Positions 1-12,750 of a stretch of 64,000 nucleotides of DNA are shown here, piece after piece. This DNA is from Octopus vulgaris (taxonomy: Eukaryota). Position 1 is the stretch's first letter; each line of letters opens with the position of its first letter. The notes under the pieces were generated by a model that had not been told where the DNA came from, made no database searches, and worked only from the letters and a program-made list of their open reading frames with translations. Position numbers and translations under genes: made by a program. Location of the stretch: NCBI GenBank assembly GCA_951406725.2, contig OX597824.1:74214001-74278000 (forward strand). Direction: 5' to 3'.

Positions 1-339
1 TTTGATTGTCACTTAAATGTAATCATATAGAATTTGAGGGAACGTTAGTGGTGACCAGTTTTGGTGATAGCTGAAGCATTAAATGTTTGCACGGCTTCAC
101 AAAAGGTAACCCTTTTGGAAATTGAAGTTTGACTGGAAACTGTGAGATTACTGTTTGCTAGAATTTGAGGCAAGATTTAATTCTTTTGATACAAATTCAC
201 TGTTTTAAAGTGATCAGAATTAAAACCTTTCATCTAAATTTCATGTTAATTTATGTCCCAAACACCAGCTTTAATAAAGACAATGCTATTTTACGGAACT
301 TTTTGTTATTTTCAAAATTAATGAATACAAAAGTCAAAG

Positions 340-745
340 GGTAGGAGTGGCTGTGTGGTAAGTAGCTTGCTTACCAACCACATGGTTCTGGGTTCAGTAC
401 CGCTGCATGACACCTTGGATAAGTGTCTTCTACTATAGCCTCGGGCTGACCAAAACCTTGTGAGTGGATTTGTTAGACGGAAACTGAAAGAAGCCCGTTG
501 TATGTATATATATATATATGTATGTTTGTGTGTCTGTGTTTGTCCCCCCAACATCGCTTGACAACCGATGCTGGTGTGTTTACATCCTCGTAACTTAGCA
601 GTTCGGCAAAAGGGACCAATAGAATAAGTACTAGGCTTACAAAGAATAAGTCCTGGGGTCGATTTGCTCGACTAAAGGCGGTGCTCCAGCATGGCCACAG
701 TCAGATGACTGAAACAAGTAAAAGCATAAAAGAGAGAGTAAAGAG
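340..745 (+). mobile_element. tRNA-derived SINE family A
   Basis: GGAGTGGCTGTGTGGTAAG head, GGTTCAGTCC-like B box, internal (TA/TG)n, GTAAAAGA tail; more than 10 copies in the window. Confidence 0.85.
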
Positions 746-1112
746 TAGGGCCTTGTATATCAACAGCGTACGTAGATTAAGTATGTAACATAGATTGCTG
801 TTCTAATTTATTTAACACTGTTTCAGTTGTGCACACTGAGTTTTAATTCAGCCTGTTGGCTGTTTGCAAAATCAGTGTCCGAGTTATTCATTGATTCCTA
901 TTTGTTGGGGGCAAAAAATTTCATCTAGACATGTGGCTGTGAGTACATGTCATTGAGAAGGTTGAAAAAGGCTGAAATGCAGCTGGTGTTCTTGCTAGCC
1001 CCTGATGGGACAGTGTTTCAACTCTCTCTGATATATATTTTGTGTTTTTGACATGACCTGTCTGCCAGAGATTTTATCTTGGATGAAAATCACAGTATCT
1101 TGCCTGTCAGTG

Positions 1113-1171
<59 letters not shown>

Positions 1172-1889
1172 AAGTGTAGTACATAAAAGGCGGTATATTT
1201 CGACGGGAATAGGGTAACAAAATGATAGAAAATATTGGACCATTTGATCTAACTCCAGTCCTGCAGAACTTACTTTCAGAGACATTTCTAATATGATCAT
1301 TCTTGCTCTCTCCCCTGCATGCTAAAGGGTTAAGGGCTGAAAATTCCATGCATGGTACATATTAGTTTTATCTACACACACATGCACGTGCGCGCACACA
1401 CAGATTTTATAAAATCCATTTTGTCTGTGACTTTTCAGAACCAGTTGAATAAATTGTTTGGTGAAATTTTAAGTTTCACTCAAAACGAATTTATATTTTT
1501 AAAGTCGACTCTACCCTAAGTATTGAGTTTCCCAGTCGGTGAATGTTCTATTGTTGATCTTAAACTTGTTTTTAAAATAACAACTTCAGTCCAAAACACG
1601 TACACGTCTTTCTGCCATCTCACATGATACAACAATTACTTCTCTGCCCACATACCCACAGTAGTTCTTGCTAATTTCTGCATGTTTTAGCAGATTTTAT
1701 TTATTTATTTTTTAATGGGTGAAAGAACAACAAACACCCTTATGTCACTTTCCTCTCTATCGTTCCTTCTATCTCTTACAATGATTGCTCTTCTTCACAA
1801 ACTCAACTGTTTCTCCTCCTTATCTTATGTTTCAAACTTCGAATTTATGCATTCACCCCAATTAGTGTATCTCCAAAATCATATCTTAT

Positions 1890-2672
1890 ATCTTTTACTT
1901 GTTTCAGTCATTAGACTGCGGCCATGCTGGGGCATTGCCTTAAACGGTTTTAGTCAAACAAATCGACCCCAGCACTTTTTTAAAGACTATCGGTCATTTT
2001 TACTGAACTGAGAACGTAAACACACCAACACCAGTTCTCAAGCAGTGGAAGGAGAACAGACAAAAGATGCATGTGTGTGCACCCCCTCTACACACACACG
2101 ACAGGCTTCTTTCAGTTTCCCTCTACCAAATCCACTCACAAGGCTTTGATTGGCCCAAGGCTATAGTAGAAGAGACTTACCCAAGGTGCCATGCAGTGGG
2201 ACTGAACCTGAAACCATGTGGTTGGGAAGCTAGCTTCTTACCACAGCTGTGCCTGCTCCTATATACATATTTAAAAATATATTACTCTTTTACTTGTTTC
2301 AGTCATTTGATTGCGGCCATGCTGGAGCACCGCCTTTAGTCGACCAAATCGACCCCAGGACTTATTCTTTGTAAGCCTAGTACTTATTCCATTGGTCTCT
2401 TTTGCTGAACCGCTAAGTTACAGCGACGTAAACACACCAGCATCGGTTGTCAAGCGATGTTATGGGGACAAACAGACACAAAAACACACACATATATATA
2501 CTTATACATACATACGACGGGCTTCTTTCAGTTTCCGTCTACCAAATCCACTCACAAGGCTTTGGTTGGCCCGAGGCTATAGTAGAAGACACTTGCCCAA
2601 AGTGTCATACAGTGGGACTGAACCTGAAACCATGTGGTTGGTAAGCAAGCTACTTACCACACAGCCACTCCA
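1890..2672 (-). mobile_element. Two tandem SINE family A copies
   Basis: Reverse complements of 340-745 at about 1890-2260 and 2285-2672. Confidence 0.85.
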
Positions 2673-3240
2673 TTAGTGTTAACGTAAGGCAGGGTCTATC
2701 AGAAATTTTAATCTAACCATTTTTTGCCCACACATGACGTTATTAATTTCCTCCTTTTCACTAAAAGTAATTATACCGTGAGAAAAATGACTAAGAGTGT
2801 ATTCTTATATCTATATTGTGAGTGACTAGCTATTTTATAACTCCAGGTTATTGGCAAAACATGATTTGTTTGTAAGTACTGAAAAATCACCAATCAGAAT
2901 TCTAGCAAAATCAGCTGTCCTGTAGTTTACATTGATTATATCCTGTATAGAAATTCCTTTCCAACCACATCGATTATCTCCTGCGTAAGAATTCCTTTTG
3001 AACTGGCCTAGCATAGCGCATGACGACGGGGCCTGTTGCTTAGTCAGATGAGGAAGGGCGGCGCTCACGCCCTTCTACAGAGCGATTAGTGTGTATGGAG
3101 GGGGAGGAAAACACCTCAGAGCTAGTTGTTTGGCTCTTACTTAACCCTGTAATCGAGTCGAGATTACCACTTTCTCTTTGTATATCCTTGGCTACATTAT
3201 CTTATGTGTCATTTTCCTAGTGATTACGAGAGAGTGGGTG

Positions 3241-3649
3241 GGATCTGTTCTGTTTGAACGGCAGTTTTTTAAAATAATTTCCACGTAACTAAACACTTTT
3301 AAACTTCGTATACTGGTAGAATGTGTTTATAAAACATGTTTTTCTCTTGGCTTTATTGAGAAAATTCTATAGTTTGTAAGATATTTGTATTTCTTTTTTT
3401 CTTCAATTTCTGCAATTTCAACCAATCAATGACGTCTATTGAGGTAAAAAAACATTCTGTGCCGTATGTCCCTCGTTTAAGAAACAGATTGGGTTTACTT
3501 ACATTTGTGAAGAAAAAAAGATACCCTTCCCCCCACCCCTAACCCTAAAACAGATTGAAATGCAATAGATCGATACTAGGGTCATAATTATGGTTGACAA
3601 TTTCATATGACACTGCTAGAAAAAACTACCGTTCAAACCGAAAAGATCC
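3241..3649. mobile_element. GGATCT-TIR MITE (Merlin-like by inference)
   Basis: TIR GGATCTGTTCTGTTTGAACGGCAGTTTTT / AAAAACTACCGTTCAAACCGAAAAGATCC; flanks GAGTGGGTG / GAGTGGTG. Confidence 0.8.
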
Positions 3650-3872
3650 GAGTGGTGTGTGTGGTCCAAGAGCGATTTGACCGCTATATCTGCTAAGTCG
3701 AGTGATTACATAGAGGCCTGCTGGTGACCAGGGTTTAAATAATAATCGGCTTATTTCGACCCTGTTTCCTTTCGACTTATCGCTATTACAAGAGAATTAC
3801 GAATCAGAATTCCTGGAAATTGTAAACCCACTCTCTCACTGCTAGAGATAATAAATAGATAATATATTTTGA

Positions 3873-3926
3873 TCTCTCTCTCTCTCTCTCCTTATATATG
3901 TGTGTGTGTATGTGTATGTATGTATG

Positions 3927-3979
<53 letters not shown>

Positions 3980-4048
3980 GTATTTATTTCGTTTTTAAGC
4001 CCCCCAGACACAACAGTATATATATGTATATATATATATGTATATATA

Positions 4049-4101
<53 letters not shown>

Positions 4102-4225
4102 GTGTGTATATGTATATATATATATGTGTGTGTATATGTATATATATATGTGTATATATATGTATATATATATGTATATATATATATATATATATATGTG
4201 TATGTGTATATATATATATGATGAT

Positions 4226-4258
<33 letters not shown>

Positions 4259-4300
4259 GTGTATACATACATACACACACACACATATATATATATATCT
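3873..4300. repeat. Compound (TC)/(TG)/(TA)n microsatellite
   Basis: Directly visible; source of the YI-repeat ORFs. Confidence 0.97.
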
Positions 4301-4520
4301 CGATAATTCCCGCCATTCTATTGCAAGGAGCCACGGCACGACACGCTTTATCACTGCCATCTTCTTCGCCATTCACACACGGCCGTCGCCACATCCTCAC
4401 TGACACATATACACAAATTCAGCCACACACATACACACGCAAACTCACAAGTACGTACATTTTAACGCGCGCGCATTCATACGCTCGCACCATTTGCTCA
4501 CGTGTATTTCAGTCACACGA
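4299..4520. promoter_or_regulatory. CpG-rich candidate promoter/5' end with clustered YY1-like GCCAT motifs
   Basis: CpG-retaining segment in otherwise CpG-poor DNA with CCGCCATTC, TGCCATCTT and TCGCCATTC, followed by a long pyrimidine tract. Confidence 0.35.
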
Positions 4521-5167
4521 ACTGCATTTTTACCCTCATTTCTACACATTGCTCTCTACAACAAACCAGCTATTATTTCGCCTTTTACATTTTTTTTTTC
4601 TTTCTGATGTCTTCTTTTTCGACATATATTCTTTCTATTTCTTACTCTTTTCTTCTTACTTTCCTTTTCTCCTACCTCTTCCGTTTTATTTTTTCCTTGT
4701 TACATATTCTATTTTTGCTTTCTATCTTCCTCTCGACAGATAAACGTCATTGCACACTCACTAAGGTCAGCTCAGTCGTCCTTGATTGGGGTGGGGTTAC
4801 CGAATTAAGGCAATGCTTTTTGTTAAACAGCTGGTTTATGTGTGTGTGTGGGTCCGGGTGTGGTAATCTTTGACCAAAGCTTTGTTAATTAAAATGACAC
4901 CAACAATAGTAGGGAATACCGCTGTCGCTAAATAGATGTATGTGCGTATATGTGTGGTAAACCTTAGCTAAAGCCGAGTTAATCGAAATGACACCAGCGA
5001 TAAAGAATGCCACTGTCTTTCGTTTAAAGGATATACATGTTTGTGTGTGTATGTATGTGTGTGTGTCTACACGTGCCTATTAATTCAAATGCGACCGACA
5101 ATAGTAGGAGGGAATGTACAAAAATAACTTGTTTATCCTAAATGCTTAAAAGTAGGTTATATATTCA

Positions 5168-5530
5168 TTTCTTTACTACCCACAAAGGGGTTAAACACAG
5201 AGGGGACAAACAAGGACAGACAAACGGATTAAGTCGATTGCACGACCCCAGTGCGTAACTGGTATTTAATTTATCGATCCCGAAAGGATGAAAGGCAAAG
5301 TCGACCTCGGCGGAATTTGAACTCGGAACGTAACGACAGACGAAATACGGCTACGCATTTCGCCCGGCGTGCTAACGTTTCTGTTCCTTTATAACCCACA
5401 AGGGGCTAAACTTAGAGGGGACAAACGAGGACAGACAAACGGATTAAGTCGATTACATCGACTCCAGTGCGTAACTGGTACTTAATTTATCGACCCCGAA
5501 AGGATGAAAGGCAAAGTCGACCTCGGCGAT
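5168..5530 (-). mobile_element. SINE family B, two tandem partial copies
   Basis: Conserved block ATCGACCCCGAAAGGATGAAAGGCAAAGTCGACCTCGGCGGAATTTGAAC (B box on the minus strand); direct repeat AAAGTAGGTTATATATT on both flanks. Confidence 0.85.
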
Positions 5531-5854
5531 ATATAAAGTAGGTTATATATTACTAATGAAAAGAGTGATGGAGTGACAGAATCATCAACACACCGGACAA
5601 AATGCTTAGTGGCATTTATTCCGGCATATTATTGTTCTAGATTCAAATTCTGCCGAGGGCGAGTTCGCCTTTTATCCTTGTACTTACAGTAGAAAGAGTC
5701 GTTATACCGCCCACATTTTTACCGGTGGAGAGCAGTATCATTAGAAATGTCGGAAGAATGCTTTGTGGTATTTCTTCTGGCATTTTACATTCCAGTTTCA
5801 AATCACACCGAGAATCGTCGAAAAGAAAGTGTCAGTCAAATATTGGGGTCAGTG

Positions 5855-6533
5855 GGATCTTTACCTTTTGACCGACAGATTTAAAAAAATAATTTTTTGT
5901 AACTAAATACTTTCAAACTTCGGACACTGGTAGAATGTGTCATATAAAACATCTTGGATCTTTTCCTTTTGAACGGCAGACAATTTCTAGTTAACTAAAC
6001 ACTTTAAAACTTCGTATACAGGTAGAATGTGTCAAAATAAAACATTTTTTTCTCTTGGCTTTCTTGAGAAAATTGTAATTTGTTTGTTTAACGTAGTTTG
6101 ATTTTTCGAATCTTAACCAATCCTATGCTCTCTTTTGAGCTAAAATCATTTGCTGCGTCTAAAACTGAGACAACATCCTTTCACTACCCCTGAACATAAC
6201 CCTAGGGTTAGTTACAGGATGTTGTCTCAGTTTTAGACGCAGCAAATGATTTTAGTTGAAAGGAGGTAATCGATTGGTTAAAATTGCTGAAATGCTCGGA
6301 TTTTCAGACGAAATATCTTACAAACTATAGAATTTTCTCAATAAAGCCAAGAAAAAATGATGTTTTATAAACACATTCTACCAGTATAAGAAGTTTAAAA
6401 GCGTTTAGTTATCTAGAAATTGTGTTGACATCTGCCGTTCAAAAGGAAAAGATCCAACATCTTTTACGCTTAGCATTTTTGAGAAATACAAAAAATTATT
6501 TTTTTTAATCTGTCAGTCAAAAGGTAAAGATCC
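5855..6533. mobile_element. GGATCT-TIR MITE, outer element
   Basis: TIR GGATCTTTACCTTTTGAC / GTCAAAAGGTAAAGATCC; exact 8-bp TSD GGTCAGTG. Confidence 0.9.
5956..6455. mobile_element. GGATCT-TIR fold-back MITE nested in the previous element
   Basis: TIR GGATCTTTTCCTTTTGAACGGCAGA; exact 8-bp TSD AACATCTT; long inverted arms centred on TAACCCTAGGGTTA. Confidence 0.9.
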
Positions 6534-6869
6534 GGTCAGTGTAATCGACGGACGTCTCAACTTAGTATTGCTGACCTTATTACCTAATTCAAATCGACGG
6601 AAAATCCATCAAGACTTTTTTTTTTTTGAATTTTCAGAAAATTTTTGCGAATTTGTTCTTCACATGGGAATTCATTCAATTAGGAAAAAAAAATGTTTAA
6701 TTTTTTAACCACCATCCTCATAAATCCTAAAAGTTTCACTCTTTCTCGAATTTAAAAAAAATAAATCAGGTTAAAATACGAACAGTCCAAATTTTTTGCT
6801 TAAATCCCAGCAATGGACCGCCCTTGGGTGATTTAACATTCCATTTAATGTATTTATGAGAAGAAAAAT

Positions 6870-7440
6870 ATTTCTTTATTGCCCACAGGGGGCTAAACAT
6901 AGAGGGGACAAACAAGGATAGACAAAGGGATTAAGTCGATTACATCAACACCAGTGGTACTTATTTAATCAACCCCGAGAGGATGAAAGGCAAAGTCGAC
7001 CTCGGTGGGATTTGAACTCAGAACGTAGCAGCAGACGAAATACCTATTTCTTTACTACCCACAAGGGATTAAACACAGAGGGGACAGACAAACGGATAAG
7101 TCGATTATATCGACCCCAGTGCGTAACTGGTACTTATTTAATCGACCCCGAGAGGATGAAAGGCAAAGTCGACCTCGGCAGGATTTGAACTCAGAACGTA
7201 GCAGCAGACGAAATACCTATTTCTTTACTACCCACAAGGGATTAAACACAGAGAGGACAGACAAACGGATAAGTCGATTATATCGACCCCAGTGCGTAAC
7301 TGGTACTTATTTAATCGACCCCGAGAGGATGAGATGCAAAGTCGACCTCGGCGGAATTTGAAATCAGAACGTAGCAGCAGACGAAATACTGCTAAGCATT
7401 TTGCCCGGCATGCAAATGATTCTGCCAGCTTGCCACCCTA
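6870..7440 (-). mobile_element. SINE family B trimer
   Basis: One head plus three near-identical body repeats of about 172 bp. Confidence 0.88.
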
Positions 7441-8249
7441 TGGGGAGAAAAATATTGAAAAACATCAATTTACGTTAGAGTGACAAAGAAACAAGGAAGG
7501 TATCAGGTGATTGACAGATGTGCTAAAAATAACAACTAAATCGCCCTTAAATCACACACAAACATTTTTTTTCATAATCATATGCATTCTAATGTGTAGA
7601 TACAAATTTGCAAAAATTTTCTAAAAATTCCAAAAGATAAAAAAATTTACGAGATGTTATATGGGTTGCTTCAACCAGAATTCTGCCATCAAAATCATCA
7701 TTATAGATAAGGATCCTAATAGCAGTTACTCCTTTTTTTTTTCCCCCTCAGCACTGTCACCTGATTAACTAATAAATAGTATTCTCGAAAATAAAATGTT
7801 TATCTAATAAAAGGAAAAGAAAAACCTGATTCTTTTCAGAAAAGTAAACAAAAATAAGATTATTTATTCAAGCGCTTTCTGAAAAGAAACTTTTGAATGG
7901 GAATACCTATTTTCCTTGACAAGAGCTTAAAATATATGTTACAAGGCGTAATGATGTGTAAACAGTCAAGGAAATTTTGAAAAGGTGTAATTTTGTCTGT
8001 CATTTAATTTCATTACGTCAATAGCTAAACTATTTTTGCACATTAATCATTTATTTTAGGTTTCATTTTAGTTAAAAATTACCAACATAAGGTTAATGAT
8101 ACTAAAAACAGTTTCTATTTCATTTGATATATAATTTTTGTGTACTGCACACACTTGTCTCTGTATGTATATATGTGTGTGTGCGCGTGTGTGTATGTAT
8201 GCATGTATGTGTGTGTGTATATATGCACATATATATATATATATACATA

Positions 8250-8543
8250 TCACCGTGACCAACCAGGCTATCAGATGCTGCCACATCACTGGTCACAATG
8301 CGCTTCACATTGTTTTAGCCTTCAAATGATGCCACCCCGCTGAGTAAGTGAGCAGGCCAACAGAAGAAAGAGTGAAAGTTGTTGCAAAAGAGTACTGCAG
8401 GGACCCCCCCCCCCGCCGGAGCCTCGTGGAGCTTTAGGTGTTTTCATTCAATAAACATTCACAACGCCTGGTGTAGGAATCGAAACTGCAATCCTACGAC
8501 CGTGAGTCCGTTGCCCTAACTACTGGGCCATTGCGCCTCCACA
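8250..8543 (-). mobile_element. tRNA-headed SINE family D
   Basis: Minus-strand head GGAGGCGCAATGGCCCAGTAGTTAGG...GTTTCGATTCC; partial opposite-strand copy at about 9830-10030. Confidence 0.75.
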
Positions 8544-9059
8544 TATAATTATGTGGAGGTGCAATATATGTAACAAAAGTACAGGTGTCAATTCGTTACG
8601 GCTGTTTCAAGTGATGTCTTTAATTGATTAATGAAAACATTACATGATTGCAAAGAAACTGTTTTTGTCAGATGACTGCATCAACTTCAAACATAACGCT
8701 CAATTCGACTTATTAAGCATAACCACAACTCCACAGAGCCAAAATATTTACACTGATGCTGCTGCTATTTTGTTGGTAAAATGAATTTACCAAATATTTT
8801 ATATCTTGTCAGAATAGAATTTAGAGGATAGCAGAGGTTATAGTAGAGAGTGGGAATAATTGAAATCAGTGACCCAGTTACCTATATCTCAAACCAATAG
8901 AGGATTGTCTCTGTTGGTCTAGAATTAAGTTTTAGGGGAGTTGTACATGAATTTTGTTCAATTCACTTAATATTGTTTGGGTGTACATATTATGACCTAA
9001 CGAGGTACCTCAATTTAAGTACCTAATTCAACTGAATCTTAATTTTATTTTATATATAT

Positions 9060-9213
9060 ATGGCTGTGTGGCGAGTAGTTTGCTTACCAGCCACATGGTT
9101 CCAGGTTCAGTCCCACTGCATGGTACCTTGGGCAAGTGTTTTCTTTAATAACCTCGGGCTGACCAAATCTTTATGAGTGGATATGGTAGATGGAAACTGA
9201 AAGAAGCCTGTTG

Positions 9214-9244
<31 letters not shown>

Positions 9245-9440
9245 CTGTGTTTGTCCCCCAACATCACTTGACAACTGATGCTGGTGTGTTTACTATCCCC
9301 ATAACTTAGCGGTTCAGCAAAATGAGAACCATAGAATAAGTACTAGGCTTACAAAGAATAAGTCCTGGGGTCAAAATGCTTGAATAAAGGCAGTGCTCCA
9401 GCATGGCCGTAGTCAAATGACTGAAACAAGTAAAAGATTA
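9060..9440 (+). mobile_element. SINE family A
   Basis: Similar to 340-745. Confidence 0.85.
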
Positions 9441-10215
9441 AAAAAAAAAAAGAGATATTTAATTTCTCCTTTGCAGTAAATGATTCATAAGTTCTGCCCA
9501 TACTGACAATAATGGTAACAACAAATTTTTAAGTTTGCTTAACATTTTATAAGTGTGAAAGGGATTAAAATTTCAATACTCCTTCTCAAAGGTTCTGACA
9601 AGAATAGGCGGAAAAGAATTCTGTTTATCTAATCAGTTTGATTGGTCACCTTCCTCTGTCGGTTGAGTAAAATGTCATCCAAGCTGATGTTTATTGGTAA
9701 TTAAACTTAATTCGCAACACCTGTGCATATTTATCAGTTTTGTTTTTGTTAGTAATTCTTATCAACATCTTTTCCTGTGATTGTGATTTGAGAAGACATA
9801 TAGCAGTATGCTAAAGATCATGAATTCTTTTGTCTGGGTGTTGTGAGTGTTTATTGAGCGAAAACACCTAAAGCTTCATGAAGCTCTGGTAGTGAGGGTA
9901 GTCCCTGCTATACTCTTTCGCCAGAACTTTCACTCTTTCTTCTGTTGGCCTGCTCGCTTAGCCAGCTGGGCGGCATCATTTGAAGGCTTAAACAATGTGA
10001 AGCGCATCGTGACCAACGATGTACTAATCTCTTGCAGGCAACAAATGTAAAATAAAGTTTATTATAAACAACACAAACACTTTGTAATTTAATAGCTTTC
10101 AATGTGATACCTTTTAAACAGAAATTTTACATGAGTAGAAGCTTTTTTTAACAAATTTTATCCTGAAAATCATCTGCATAAATTACTCAGGTGTCCAAAT
10201 TACATGGGTTTTTAC

Positions 10216-10254
<39 letters not shown>

Positions 10255-10984
10255 TGTGTATGACTTCGAAGTTTTGGCTCAGTTACTTTTGTTGGACAAT
10301 CTGGTGAAGGTAAAGGAGCCAAAACATTGAAAACACTATCAACCTTTCCCTTGTGTATGTGTGTTCCCTAATTTTCAGTAATCTGTGGATATGGCTCTGC
10401 ATAGGACAGTATTACCTCCCTTGGAAAGAGGTTGGAGTTAATGACGGGAAGGGCGTTTGGCTATAGAAAATCCATCTAACCCATGCAAACATTGAAAAGT
10501 GGACGTTAAACCAATGATGGAAATGTTTCCACACACCCTTTCTGTTAGTCTATATTCTCTCCTCTATACATATTCATGAATCTCAACAATATGGTCTGAT
10601 TTCTCATTGCCACTCTTGTTGTCTTCTTTCCAGCTACCGGTGCTCACTCTTATTTACTGTAGGGTAACCATGTATCTTTTCTATTGCAAGACACTTGTGC
10701 CTGTCCTTCTATCATTACTTTAGCTCCTCACCATCTTGCATGATATCACTTCCCCTTCTACTCCAACCCTACTCAGTCAAGGGTCTCTTCTTGGTCTTGT
10801 GAGTTACTTGGTGACTTCACTAGCACTCGTGTCATGAAAATAGCACTCATTACACCCTAATGAGGAAGGGCTTCCTGCCAGACAAACCATGCCAAAACAG
10901 ACATTGAAGCACAATGGAGTCCTCTACCCTGTTAGATCCTGTCAAACCATCTGACCCTTGCTAGCATGAAAGACAGATGTTTAA

Positions 10985-11211
10985 CCCTTTCGTTACTTTA
11001 TTTATTTTGAGATTCTCTGTGTTTCTTTCAATTACTTTAAATATAACAAAGAATTTAGTAAAATAACTTAATTATCATTCAGCTAGTGTTAGAAACATAA
11101 ATGGTGATTAAGGTTTGGTGGAAGATTTTAATTCAAAACTTATGAAAACAAGACATTTGTACTACAGAGCCAGAGCCAGAGCCAATTTCAACCGGGTTGG
11201 TAACGAAAGGG
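10985..11211. mobile_element. piggyBac-type MITE family 1
   Basis: TTAA|CCCTTTCGTTAC ... GTAACGAAAGGG|TTAA. Confidence 0.88.
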
Positions 11212-12082
11212 TTAAATGATGTATATATACGTGTATCTATATGTATATTCATGTATATTTTTTTGTATATACATGTAAATATGTGTATATATGCATGTAT
11301 GTGTAAATATATACATATGTACTAATGTACGTACACAGAGACAATTAAGAAATTCAGGAAGAGAGAAAAGGAAACTGTCAGCTACTAACTATGCCACCCC
11401 TAAAACACACATACATGCATAAAGAAATTGTATATAAAGAGAATTGTATATTGTTTAGTCTACCAGTTAGGTTTCTAGCTATACAAACACGTCCGTTATC
11501 ATTTTGGGATTTATCCTCTAAATTCATGAAAGCAACTTGAAGTTTTTGTTTGCACACTGTGCATAATTTTAAAAGGTCCTTTACAATTTTCCCTGTGTTC
11601 AATCAGTTTAATGAAGTCTTGGGATTCCTAATATTAGCAGGAATAATATAATGATTGCTATTTGCAAATAAATTAATTGCTGATGTGTACCCAGACATCT
11701 CGTAAAATAAACAGATATCATCATTTTTGAAAGATTTAATTTCTGGACATTAGTGTGTGAATAAAATGTGCATAGGGGGTGCAAACCCAGAGCCAAAATT
11801 TTCAATAAACGAGGTTAATGTTTTTCAGCCTTCATATCAAAGCAAATACAGGTGTAATAATAATAAAAGTAATAGCAGAAGGTGGTGAGTGGCAGAAACA
11901 TTAGGATACTGGGCAAAATGCTTAGCAGTCTTTCATCTGTCTTCATGTTCTGAGTTCAAATTCTGCCGAGGTCGATTGTTTTCCATTGCTTCTCATTAAC
12001 ACACACTGATTTCAAGACCCCAGTATTACAACAGTACCTACATATACACACATGCACACACACACACACACACACCACACAC

Positions 12083-12121
<39 letters not shown>

Positions 12122-12535
12122 GTGGGCTTCCACAGGGTTCCAAGCTACCACATTCCTTTACAGAACATTGTTTAGACTGCAACACTTACCCCTGGTGCCA
12201 TACTGAGGGACTGAACACAAAATCATATGGTTGCTGCGAAGGGAATTTCTTAACTACACAGTGCAGGTGCAGGCATGACTGTGTGACTGTAATGGTTAAG
12301 AAGATTGCCTCCCAACCTCATAGTTTTCAGTTCAGTCCCGCCATGGAGTAACCTTGGGCAAATGTCATTTACTTATAGGCTCATACTGACCAAAGCCTTG
12401 TGAGTGAATTTGGTGGATGTACATATGTACATGTGTATGTGTATATCTATCTATTTATCTCTATCTATCTATCTTTCTTTCTATCTTTCTTTCTATCTGT
12501 CTATCTACTTATCTATCTATCTACCTACCTGCCTA

Positions 12536-12750
12536 CTTCTTTACTACCCACAAGGGGCTAAACACAGAGCGGACAAACAAGGACAGACAAACGGATTAAG
12601 TCGATTATATCGACCCCAGTGCATAACTGGTACTTATTTAATCGACCCCGAAAGGATGAAAGGCAAACTCGACCTCGGCGGAATTTGAACTCAGAACGTA
12701 ATGGCTACACATTTTGCCAGCATGCTAACGTTTCTGCCAGCTCGCCGCCT
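12536..12750 (-). mobile_element. SINE family B inserted in a (CTAT)n tract
   Basis: Full family B sequence with TACCTGCCTAC on both flanks. Confidence 0.85.

Noticed and set aside
318-2676. Recurring ORFs such as RASFSFRLPNPLTRLWSARGYSRRHL and [11 protein letters not shown]
   Set aside because: Translations of non-coding SINE families repeated throughout the window
3040-3080. CAGATGA followed by a GAAGGGCG/CGCCCTTC hairpin, hammerhead-like at first sight
   Set aside because: Core is CAGATGA rather than CTGATGA, no GAAA after the stem, and no stems I or III
3535-3548. Interstitial telomere
   Set aside because: Only two TTAGGG-type units, inside a MITE
3869-4743. Long ORFs rich in YI/CV/HT dipeptides (also 35575-35882 and 61398-61952)
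   Set aside because: Translations of microsatellites; open in several frames on both strands
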